Virus record (IMG/VR): IMGVR_UViG_3300020045_010614
Location: 1-33,481 of that record
DNA length: 33,481 nucleotides
Source: a virus
Taxonomy: Duplodnaviria; Caudoviricetes
Direction: 5' to 3' (one strand)
This document shows positions 10,166-18,926 of the stretch, piece by piece. Position 1 is the first letter of the stretch. Each line of letters opens with the position of its first letter. The position numbers and the translations under genes were made by a program. The notes beneath the pieces were generated by a model that saw only the letters and a program-made list of their open reading frames with translations, had not been told where the DNA came from and did no database searches.

Positions 10166-13100
10166 ATGTCTGTATTCGCAACCAGTGTACAAGTAGCAAT
10201 AGCATATAATGTTGGAACTAATAATTTTACTATTACAGGTAATTGGGCAGGTAATGTAACAGTAAGTCCTGCATCAGCACCGTATGAAGATAGTAATACT
10301 GTTCAAGTAAACATAAGAGATAGATTTCCAGATACTGGATTTTGGTGTACTGGTGGTACTGCTGGAACTACTACGTTATTTTCAAATTACTATTGTGGTC
10401 TTGTTTGGGGTGCATCAACTGATGTTTTTACTGTAAGTCAAACAGGTGTTTATAAAACATTTAGTAGTAATATCAGTAAAGCATTAATATATGATTATCT
10501 TAATGATGCTGGTCAATCATTTAATCTTGAATCATTTTCAGTTGATAATAATTTAGGTAGTAATCCCTATGTTAATGTAGTTAAAACACAAACAAGAAAT
10601 AAGTTAAGTAATTTACTATTTCCGTATTCTCAACAAGAAGCTGCTCATGATGAAGTAAAAGACCCAACTGCACCGTCAACGGTATTAATTAATGTAGCAA
10701 AGAATTTTACACCTATTGCTGATGCTACTGTATTATCAGTAAATTTTAACGTTTGTGGTAATGAACTTACTATGACACAGGCATTAAACACTGACGGTTA
10801 TAAAATATATCGTAGTACTGATGGTGTCACCTATACATTAATAGGTACTAATGTTGGTCTTGCTAATACATCATATATTGATACAACATCCGTTTTAGGT
10901 ACAACCTACTATTATAAAGTTGAAACATATAATAGTGTATGGTTTGAAGATATATATACAAACAAATCTAATGTTATAAATGGTGCTAGTTCATATACTG
11001 CACCTACACCATCAAGTGTTGTAGGTACTGAATGTACTATGACCAATGTTGTAAGCTGGACAGATAATGTTACTTGTGAAAGTGCTTATAAAGTATATCG
11101 CAGTACTGATAATACTACTTATACTTTATTAGATACCTTATCTCCAAATACTGCATCATACGAAGATAATACCGTTAACGTAAATCAAATATATTACTAT
11201 AAAATAGTAAGTGAATTTTCACAATACGGTTTAAGTTATACGGGTGGTTCTGCTTCAAATACATTAGTGTTTAATGCACCAAGCGGATTAACTGTTGAAA
11301 GATATGATGCTCTTAGTATTAAGATTGATTGGTTATTAAATACGACTTGTGAATCACAGGTATTAGTAGAACGTAGAACAGGTACTGGTGGTACTTGGAC
11401 TCAAATAGCCAGTCTTGCAAACGGAAGTATTACATATAATGATTATACTGTTTTTGATAATTATACTTATTATTATCGTGTTCGTGTAAGTAAGGCAAGT
11501 ACATCACAGTATAGTAACTATTCTAATGAAGATAGTTATTTATTTACTTCATTTTATATATACAACGGAGCAAATAATAATATATATAGTGTTGAAGTAG
11601 ATGCTTCTGACAGACCTTATATTGGTGGTGCATTTACTACTTATTATGATGGTACATCCGCTAATAGAATTGCAGGATTATTAAAGTTAGGTGTATTCAA
11701 TACAAGTTTTTCATATACTACAGGTTTTAATGGAATTGTATGGCATGTTCTTCATGATAGTGTAAACGATCTTTATTATGTTGCTGGTGAATTTACTACT
11801 TATAAAGGAGTTGCTGCAAATAGAATTATATGTTTAAATCCTGATGGTTCTAAGAATAGTGGATTTGATAATTCAACAGGTTTTAACGGAACAGTATATA
11901 AATTAGCTTTTGATAATAACGGTAAAATATATGCTGTTGGTGCATTTACAACTTATAAGGCAGTTGCTGCAAACTATGCAATAAGATTAAATACTGACGG
12001 TTCAAGAGATACTGGTTTTGTAATTGGTGCTGGTTTTGCTAATGGATTTTCTGCTGCCGTATATACAGTAGCAATAGAACCATCAACTAATAAAGTTTAT
12101 TTTGGTGGATCATTTCAGAATTATAAAAATTATACTAGTCCTTTTGGATATGGTTGTAGATATATCGCAAAAGTTAATTCTGATGGTACTGTAGATACTG
12201 CATTTAATTCTACACTTAATAGTACTTGGTTTAATTCAAACGTTCATGCTATTCTTGTAGATGCATCAGAAGATGTATTTGTTGGTGGTAATTTTACTAG
12301 TTATGGTGGATTTAGTTTAGGTCGTGCTGTTAAGATAAATTCTACAGGTACTAGAGATGCTACATTCTTTGTTACTTCAGGATTTAATGGTTTAGTTAGA
12401 GATATAATACATGATCCTACAGATATTTATGTTTATTTCGCTGGTGATTTCACAACAGCTAACGGTAATCCAGCACCTAAAATTGCTAAACTAAGAGATA
12501 ATAATGCATCACCAGAATTGGGATTTCTTACTAATGTAGGTACAGGATTTAATCTTACTACATATAACATGAAGTTTGATTCTGATAATCATTTATATGT
12601 TGTTGGAAGTTTTACATCATACAACGGATTATCTTATAATCGTATTATTAAATTAGATAGAGACGGTAATTCAATCACTTGGGCTACACCAGCTACCAAT
12701 CAAACTACTTTATTATCAGCTTCTGGTGTAACTGCTACTCAGGTTAATTTAGTATGGCAAACTGTAGGTGTTCAGATTATTACTGGTAATACTATTTACA
12801 GACGTAAATTATCAAATCCTGATTTTGATATTATTACAAGTGTTGCTGCAAGTGCTACTACATATACGGTAACTGAAACTATTGATGATGATTATGCATA
12901 TAAAATAGTTGCCAATAGAGCAACAGGTGGTTCTGAATCAAATACATTAATCTTACCTTATATAAACTTTACTCCAAATATAGCAAGATCAGCACAAGGT
13001 TTACTTGATATTAGTTGGATTAATAGTTCATCTTATGCAACTGATGTTGAGATATTTGTTTCAAATAATAGTGGAAGTAGTTATAGTTTATTAACATCAT

Positions 13101-14296
13101 ACCCTAACACTACTATCTATTATCATACAGGTCTTTCAGAGGATGTATATAGATATTATAAACTTAAATATAAGAATGGCTCTAATGTAACTTCTTATTT
13201 TAGTGGTGCTGCATCAGGATTAACCTATTTGAATACACCAACATTTAATAGTGTTATTCAACCCGTTAACGGTATTAAGGAATTTGATTTAAGTTGGTCT
13301 GATAATTCTTCAAAAGAAACAGGTTATGAAATATATCGTAGAGAAAAAGATGTTGGTTCTTATGTGCTTATACACACTACAAGTGCTAATGTTTCAACCT
13401 ATACAGATAATACATTACCAACTTTTGGAATTACATATCAATACTATATTAAAGCGGTTAAAGGAATTGTAAACGAATCATTACCTTCTATTGTTATTGA
13501 AAGAAAGTTAGAGAATGTGACATTGACACTTAGATATAACGTAACTTTTGATGATAACCTTATTGATCGTAATATAAATCTTTCATGGGTTTTGAGTGGT
13601 AGTTGTACGGGTAATACTTATTCAATATATAAGTCTTATGATGGTATAAATTATGGATTATTAACAACTACAACTGGTAGTAGTTATATTGATGAAGAAC
13701 GTTTTGAAACCTGTCAGGAATGTAATATCGTTTATTATTATGTAACAATATACTGTATAAATTTAATTACCTCTAATACTGCACAAGTAATAATTGAACC
13801 ACCTAAAACTAAATGGAATTTAGGTGGTATACAAAGATTATGGATTGGTACTAAACCAGATGATATTTTTTATAGTGTAGTAGATGCAACTTATGAGACT
13901 CTTGATTACTATGGTAATAATATAATGACCATTAATAGTATTAATAATTTTATTCAATGGTATGAATTACCTGTAAGTCAAAATGCTAATTATACACAGA
14001 AATTAAATATATCAAATCAAGGATATGTATTTGGTGAAGTACTTGAATTAGAAGTACCAAAATTAAATCCTTTGAAATGGAATGATATTCAGAATCTTCT
14101 TGGTGATTATCTGATTGTAGTATTCCAGACAAATAACGGAGATTACTGTATTATGGGATATGATAGTCCAGCAGAAGTAAAAGTATTTGAAGCAACAACC
14201 GTTGACAGTAAATATAATTTTACTATTGAAGTAAATCATAATTATAATCTGTTGAAGTTTATCAGCAGTGATTACGTAACAAACAATATATTATAA
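10166..14296 (+). CDS. Large virion adhesin: FN3 domains, delta-60 (DUF5122-like) beta-propeller, C-terminal tail-tube-like domain
   Basis: FN3 motifs ('YKIYRSTDG...SYID...YYYKV', 'LSWSDNSSKETGYEIYR'); about 7 repeats of 'Y.GG.FT.Y.G....RI..LN.DG..D..F..GFN' at ~11560-12680; the last ~165 aa resemble the 9533 protein. Confidence 0.75.
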   Translation: MSVFATSVQVAIAYNVGTNNFTITGNWAGNVTVSPASAPYEDSNTVQVNIRDRFPDTGFWCTGGTAGTTTLFSNYYCGLVWGASTDVFTVSQTGVYKTFSSNISKALIYDYLNDAGQSFNLESFSVDNNLGSNPYVNVVKTQTRNKLSNLLFPYSQQEAAHDEVKDPTAPSTVLINVAKNFTPIADATVLSVNFNVCGNELTMTQALNTDGYKIYRSTDGVTYTLIGTNVGLANTSYIDTTSVLGTTYYYKVETYNSVWFEDIYTNKSNVINGASSYTAPTPSSVVGTECTMTNVVSWTDNVTCESAYKVYRSTDNTTYTLLDTLSPNTASYEDNTVNVNQIYYYKIVSEFSQYGLSYTGGSASNTLVFNAPSGLTVERYDALSIKIDWLLNTTCESQVLVERRTGTGGTWTQIASLANGSITYNDYTVFDNYTYYYRVRVSKASTSQYSNYSNEDSYLFTSFYIYNGANNNIYSVEVDASDRPYIGGAFTTYYDGTSANRIAGLLKLGVFNTSFSYTTGFNGIVWHVLHDSVNDLYYVAGEFTTYKGVAANRIICLNPDGSKNSGFDNSTGFNGTVYKLAFDNNGKIYAVGAFTTYKAVAANYAIRLNTDGSRDTGFVIGAGFANGFSAAVYTVAIEPSTNKVYFGGSFQNYKNYTSPFGYGCRYIAKVNSDGTVDTAFNSTLNSTWFNSNVHAILVDASEDVFVGGNFTSYGGFSLGRAVKINSTGTRDATFFVTSGFNGLVRDIIHDPTDIYVYFAGDFTTANGNPAPKIAKLRDNNASPELGFLTNVGTGFNLTTYNMKFDSDNHLYVVGSFTSYNGLSYNRIIKLDRDGNSITWATPATNQTTLLSASGVTATQVNLVWQTVGVQIITGNTIYRRKLSNPDFDIITSVAASATTYTVTETIDDDYAYKIVANRATGGSESNTLILPYINFTPNIARSAQGLLDISWINSSSYATDVEIFVSNNSGSSYSLLTSYPNTTIYYHTGLSEDVYRYYKLKYKNGSNVTSYFSGAASGLTYLNTPTFNSVIQPVNGIKEFDLSWSDNSSKETGYEIYRREKDVGSYVLIHTTSANVSTYTDNTLPTFGITYQYYIKAVKGIVNESLPSIVIERKLENVTLTLRYNVTFDDNLIDRNINLSWVLSGSCTGNTYSIYKSYDGINYGLLTTTTGSSYIDEERFETCQECNIVYYYVTIYCINLITSNTAQVIIEPPKTKWNLGGIQRLWIGTKPDDIFYSVVDATYETLDYYGNNIMTINSINNFIQWYELPVSQNANYTQKLNISNQGYVFGEVLELEVPKLNPLKWNDIQNLLGDYLIVVFQTNNGDYCIMGYDSPAEVKVFEATTVDSKYNFTIEVNHNYNLLKFISSDYVTNNIL

Positions 14297-14297
14297 A

Positions 14298-14870
14298 ATG
14301 GCAATTAAATTATTATTCGATGATGCCTGTGAATTCAGTCAGGGTGGTATAAAGAAATTATATCTCTCAACTGAATTACTTAAAAATAATCCGTATTATC
14401 CTCTTAATTATTATATAAGTGGTAATACTGTTATTGACATTAATGAAGATATTACTTTTACTAAAATACTAATAACAGACGAATCTTCAGTTAAGCAAGT
14501 AAGAGAATCTGACAATCAAGGTAAATGGTTTTCAAAAGAATTAAAATTTACTATTGCTAAAATTGATCTTCAAACTAATAGATTCTTTAATAATATACTA
14601 TTTAAACAAGGTATAGTAAATGCAAGCGGAACAAGCAGACCTACCAATATAAATAATTATAATACTACAGCTATTTTTGAAGATATGAACGGAAACTGGT
14701 GGATTGGTGGGTTTGATGTTCCATTTAAAATAACTGCTTTTGAATTGACTACTGGTAAACAAGGTGAGGAAAATAAGTATGATTTGACCTTTATTAGTCG
14801 CTCTTATGACCGTATTAGAAAAATAACACCATTCATTGACTGCGACCAGATCATATATACTACATCCTAA
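14298..14870 (+). CDS. Tail-tube-like paralogue
   Basis: 'CEFSQGGIKKLYL...WFSKELKFTI...AIFEDMNGNWWIGG...TTG...YDLTF' parallels the 9533 protein. Confidence 0.55.
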   Translation: MAIKLLFDDACEFSQGGIKKLYLSTELLKNNPYYPLNYYISGNTVIDINEDITFTKILITDESSVKQVRESDNQGKWFSKELKFTIAKIDLQTNRFFNNILFKQGIVNASGTSRPTNINNYNTTAIFEDMNGNWWIGGFDVPFKITAFELTTGKQGEENKYDLTFISRSYDRIRKITPFIDCDQIIYTTS

Positions 14871-14880
14871 AATACATCAT

Positions 14881-14896
14881 TTAATTATAAAGAAAA
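14881..14896 (+). promoter_or_regulatory. Conserved 16-mer, putative late promoter
   Basis: Exact copy 7 nt before ATG 14904. Confidence 0.8.
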
Positions 14897-14903
14897 GAGA
14901 AAA

Positions 14904-15287
14904 ATGACAGATTGTACAATCGATTTAACACAAGATATGACTTATAATCTTGCTATTAATAAGAACCGTGACCTTGATCAGGAGATTCAAGCTGAAATAT
15001 ATTCAGGAGATACCTTTGTATCTAACTTCTCATTTACAGGATATACTGGTGCTACTTTAGTGGTGAAATTAAAACCTCAAGATAATTATTCAATCCTTAC
15101 TTTTTCAACTGCTGATGGTTCAATAGTTCTTGGATTAAACGGTGTATTTTCACTGGTTAAAACAGCAGCAGAACTTCAAAATATCAAAGCAGGTACTTTT
15201 GTTTATAACATGTATTTGAGTTCTTCATTACAGGCTAAAAGAAGTTTTTTGAGTGGTAACTTTATTATCAATGAAAACGTAGGTTAA
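14904..15287 (+). CDS. Putative fibre-attachment (BppU-N-like) structural protein
   Basis: 'FTGYTGATLVVK...DGSIVL...AGTFVYNMYL...FLSGNFII' is a beta-sandwich pattern commonly found before fibre genes. Confidence 0.5.
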   Translation: MTDCTIDLTQDMTYNLAINKNRDLDQEIQAEIYSGDTFVSNFSFTGYTGATLVVKLKPQDNYSILTFSTADGSIVLGLNGVFSLVKTAAELQNIKAGTFVYNMYLSSSLQAKRSFLSGNFIINENVG

Positions 15288-15291
15288 TAAA

Positions 15292-17052
15292 ATGGCACAA
15301 ACATTACATTTAAAATCAGTTAACGGTGAGATAATAAAGATTAAGGTTAAACAAGACCCTGCATTTATTATTACTGGTCAAACTGCTGTATCTGGTGCAC
15401 TTAATCTTTCATCAGAAGGATTATTTGCTCAAAATAATAATGGTATTCTTGAATTTAAAGGACTTCAAGCATCTAATGGTATAACACTTACACCAAGTTC
15501 AACAGGTGTTACTATTGGTTATTCTGGTGGAAGTGGTAACTATATAACAGAAGCAACGTTTACTGGTTACACAGCAACAACAGAAACACGTCTTAATGGT
15601 ATTGAAGATGATATTACATACTTGTCAGGACAAACAACAAACAAATTAAATACATCCGTTTTCAATGCATATACAGGTGTTACTCAAACAGAGTTAAATA
15701 ATATAAATAGTGAACTTGATTTAGCAATAACAGGAGTTACAGCAGGTGCTAATCTGTCTGCTATTCAAACTGGTAGAGTAGTTAATATAACATTTACTGG
15801 TTCAACTGGTGGTGGTGATGTTACACATTCAGAACTTGATCCTTGGACAGGTGCTACTGATAGTAGAATCGATTTAATAGAAGCAGGATATATTACTGGT
15901 GGAACTAATGTCGGAAACGGAGTTAATATCTATGGTGGATTAGTAGCAACTAAATTACTTGGATTTAGAACGTTAAATGTTACTTCACCACTTTCAATAA
16001 CTTCTGGTGCTACTGAAATAACTATTGGTTATACTGGATCAACTGATTATGTTAGTAATACTAAATTCAACTCATATACAGGAGCAACAGAAACACGTCT
16101 TAATGGTATTGAAGATGATATCACATACTTGTCAGGTCAGACTTCAAATAAGTTAAATACATCCGTTTTCAATGCTTATACAGCTTCGACTGATAGTATT
16201 TTAGATGGTACTATAACAGGTGTTACAGCAGGTGCTAATCTAAGTGCTATACAAACAGGAAGAGTTGTTAACATAACATTCACAGGTTCAACTGGTGGAG
16301 GATCAATAACAGGTGCTACTAATGTTGGTAGTTCAGGTGAAGGAGTATTTAAAGCAGTTAACGGTGATGATCTTGAATTTAAAAAGATAAAGGTTAGTAC
16401 ACCTCTTTATATATCAGGTTCTACTAATGAAATACATATACAATTCACTGGTTCAACTGGTGGTGGTGGAGCATACTTACCATTATCTGGTGGTACACTT
16501 ACAGGTAATTTATTATTAACTGGTAATACTTTAACGGCAAATAATATACAAGTTGATAGAGTATCAGGAACTACAAGAGATATAACATTCTTATCTGGCG
16601 GTTTATCTCGTTGGATTTTAAGAACTGATTCAAGTACAGAATCGGGTAGTAATGAAGGATCAAATTTTGGAATTGTAAGAAGAAGTGATGCTGGTAGTAA
16701 TATAGAGACAGCTTTAACAATTAATAGAAGTAGTGGAATTGTTCAAGTAGCAAAAGCAGTAGCAGTTTTTAATGATACAGTAACATTAACAGGTAATACA
16801 ACATTAAACGCTACATACGCAGGTAAAACAATAGAAGCTAACGGAACATTCACTATTACATTTCCAAATTCAATGGAAACAGGTATGAAAGTTAATATCA
16901 TAAATGTTGGTACTGGAATAATAACAATAGCAGCTTCTACTACATTACAATCAAAGAACACTTACACCAAATTAGCTTATCAATACGGTGGTGCTTCTGT
17001 TTATCATAGAGGTTCAAATATCTGGTTAGCTGTTGGTGATTTAACATTTTAA
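15292..17052 (+). CDS. Tail fibre protein with internal repeats
   Basis: G/T-rich 586 aa with a duplicated ~75-aa module, 'GATNVG..GEGVFK...LEFK' segments and the 'YLPLSGGTLTG' fibre motif. Confidence 0.75.
   Translation: MAQTLHLKSVNGEIIKIKVKQDPAFIITGQTAVSGALNLSSEGLFAQNNNGILEFKGLQASNGITLTPSSTGVTIGYSGGSGNYITEATFTGYTATTETRLNGIEDDITYLSGQTTNKLNTSVFNAYTGVTQTELNNINSELDLAITGVTAGANLSAIQTGRVVNITFTGSTGGGDVTHSELDPWTGATDSRIDLIEAGYITGGTNVGNGVNIYGGLVATKLLGFRTLNVTSPLSITSGATEITIGYTGSTDYVSNTKFNSYTGATETRLNGIEDDITYLSGQTSNKLNTSVFNAYTASTDSILDGTITGVTAGANLSAIQTGRVVNITFTGSTGGGSITGATNVGSSGEGVFKAVNGDDLEFKKIKVSTPLYISGSTNEIHIQFTGSTGGGGAYLPLSGGTLTGNLLLTGNTLTANNIQVDRVSGTTRDITFLSGGLSRWILRTDSSTESGSNEGSNFGIVRRSDAGSNIETALTINRSSGIVQVAKAVAVFNDTVTLTGNTTLNATYAGKTIEANGTFTITFPNSMETGMKVNIINVGTGIITIAASTTLQSKNTYTKLAYQYGGASVYHRGSNIWLAVGDLTF
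15575..16299 (+). repeat. Intragenic duplication (~15575-15813 and ~16085-16299)
   Basis: 'TETRLNGIEDDITYLSGQT.NKLNTSVFNAYT' and 'ITGVTAGANLSAIQTGRVVNITFTGSTGGG' each occur twice with near-identical DNA. Confidence 0.85.
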
Positions 17053-17058
17053 ATTATA

Positions 17059-18498
17059 ATGAATAGTATATTTTTTGGTATAATACAACAAAATCAAATA
17101 CCTAATGGTGTACGTGCTTGGTATGGTGATAGAGTTAATACTGGTGTATTAAGACAATCATTATCTAATGGAACTGCTATTACAAGATGGGATGATCTAT
17201 CTGGCAATGGTTTTCATTTAGATACTAAGACAGGTACTGTTAATTATGAAACATCAACAAATAGTATAAATCTATCTGGTGGTGCATTATATAATTCATC
17301 ACATGCAGTTGTAACTGGTAGTACTCAAAGAACTATATTTAGTGTAAGCCAAGCAACTAATGTTGCTACAACACAAGAACCATTATTTCTTGGTAATGCA
17401 GGAAGTACTGCAACTGCTTGGTTTCCACAACCAGCAGCAGCAACTATAAGAGTTGATACTAATGCTTCATTTAATCAATTTAATGCAGTTAATACTAATA
17501 ATGTTGATTCATTAATAACAAGTATTTTAACTGGTGGAACTACTGTTGCAAGTATAAAAGCAAGAAAGAACGGTGTTAATTTAAGTGTTAATAGTACTAA
17601 CGTTAATGGTGGTACTATTAATACAGCAGCAGGTATTATGGTTGGTGGTTATCTGATTAGTGGTACACCAACAGTAAGAGGTAATACTAAAATTAAAGAA
17701 GTTATTATCTATAATAGATTGTTAACTGATAGTGAGATTTTACAAGTAGAAGCATACTTATTAAATAAATATATCTTACCAACTACTTATACTTTTGCTG
17801 CTAATGGTGATATTACAATTCCTGCTGGATTTAGTTCAATGCAATACCTTATTGTTGGTGGTGGTGCAGGTGGTGGTGGTTCTACTACTTCAAATAGTGC
17901 AAGTGGTGGTGGTGGTGGTGGTGAAGCACTTGAAGGAGTCATTTCAAATCCTGCAAGTGGTACATATACATTTACTGTTGGTGCTGGTGCTACTGCATTA
18001 GGAAATACTTCAACATCAAGAGGAAGTAACGGTTCTAACTCAGTACTTACCAAACCAGACGCAAGTACAATAACTGCACTTGGTGGTAAAGGTGGTGCTG
18101 GTAGTGCACAAGGTGCAACTAATGCAACATCAACAGAAGGTGCAGGTGGTGGTTCATCAATTCTTGCTTATATAGCTAAAGGTACTGGTACTAACGAAGG
18201 TGGTGCTGGTACATCAACTACTGCTGCTGGTGGTGGTGGTGGTGCAGGTGGAGATGGTTCTACTGCAACAAGTACTACTGCAACTCCTAATAATGGTGGT
18301 GCTGGATTTACTTCAACTTATTTCGGTGGAACATACGGTGCTGGTGGTGGTTCTTTTGCTGTTCATGCAACAGGAAGAGTAGGTGTTAGTGGTAGTGCAA
18401 ATACTGGAAATGGTGGTAGTGGTAAGAACAGAGTAGGTAGTAATAATGCAAATAGTGCAGGTGGTTCAGGAATAGTAATAATTAAACTAATAAAATAA
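17059..18498 (+). CDS. Receptor-binding/fibre-tip protein: LamG-like domain plus glycine-rich domain
   Basis: 'WDDLSGNGFH...IKEVIIYNRLLTDSEILQVEAYL..KY' is LamG/ConA-like. It is followed by a glycine-rich domain 'YLIVGGGAGGG...ANTGNGG...GGSGIVII'. Confidence 0.7.
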   Translation: MNSIFFGIIQQNQIPNGVRAWYGDRVNTGVLRQSLSNGTAITRWDDLSGNGFHLDTKTGTVNYETSTNSINLSGGALYNSSHAVVTGSTQRTIFSVSQATNVATTQEPLFLGNAGSTATAWFPQPAAATIRVDTNASFNQFNAVNTNNVDSLITSILTGGTTVASIKARKNGVNLSVNSTNVNGGTINTAAGIMVGGYLISGTPTVRGNTKIKEVIIYNRLLTDSEILQVEAYLLNKYILPTTYTFAANGDITIPAGFSSMQYLIVGGGAGGGGSTTSNSASGGGGGGEALEGVISNPASGTYTFTVGAGATALGNTSTSRGSNGSNSVLTKPDASTITALGGKGGAGSAQGATNATSTEGAGGGSSILAYIAKGTGTNEGGAGTSTTAAGGGGGAGGDGSTATSTTATPNNGGAGFTSTYFGGTYGAGGGSFAVHATGRVGVSGSANTGNGGSGKNRVGSNNANSAGGSGIVIIKLIK

Positions 18499-18500
18499 CT

Positions 18501-18728
18501 ATGGAATACTTAGACAAAATGAATGTTTCTCTATACAGAGAAAGTCAATTAATTAAAGAAGATAATAAAGGATATGTACTTGGAAATGTATTATTGGTAA
18601 GCAATAATATCATTGAAAAGCTATATGATTTAAATTATGAAGATGATAATTTCGATATGTGGGATTGGTGTTTAACCAACTTGGATATTATTAGAATTGA
18701 AAACGAAAAAGATATTAATAACTTATGA
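18501..18728 (+). CDS. Hypothetical protein
   Basis: 75-aa acidic ORF starting 2 nt after the upstream stop. Confidence 0.5.
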   Translation: MEYLDKMNVSLYRESQLIKEDNKGYVLGNVLLVSNNIIEKLYDLNYEDDNFDMWDWCLTNLDIIRIENEKDINNL

Positions 18729-18895
18729 TAAATCTTAAAGAAATGAATTTCTATTTTTATGAGATAGTTGATAAATATCAATTTGAGCAACAATCAAGAT
18801 TCTATAATCTGTTTGGTGTTATTAGAAAACTACATGAAATGGAAGAGGAATTATATAATCCATATACAATAACCTTTTATCTTAACATGAATTAA
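18725..18895 (+). CDS. Hypothetical protein (56 aa, not in ORF track)
   Basis: MINLKEMNFYFYEIVDKY...FYLNMN*. ATGA overlap with the upstream stop; fills the gap up to the portal promoter. Confidence 0.5.
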   Translation: MINLKEMNFYFYEIVDKYQFEQQSRFYNLFGVIRKLHEMEEELYNPYTITFYLNMN

Positions 18896-18900
18896 GTCAT

Positions 18901-18916
18901 TTAATTATAAAGAAAA
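18901..18916 (+). promoter_or_regulatory. Conserved 16-mer, putative late promoter (portal)
   Basis: Exact copy 10 nt before ATG 18927. Confidence 0.8.
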
Positions 18917-18926
18917 CATATAAATT

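Noticed and set aside
15292-18498. Diversity-generating retroelement acting on fibre genes
   Set aside because: No reverse transcriptase; the repeat differences are not adenine-specific and both copies lie within one ORF.
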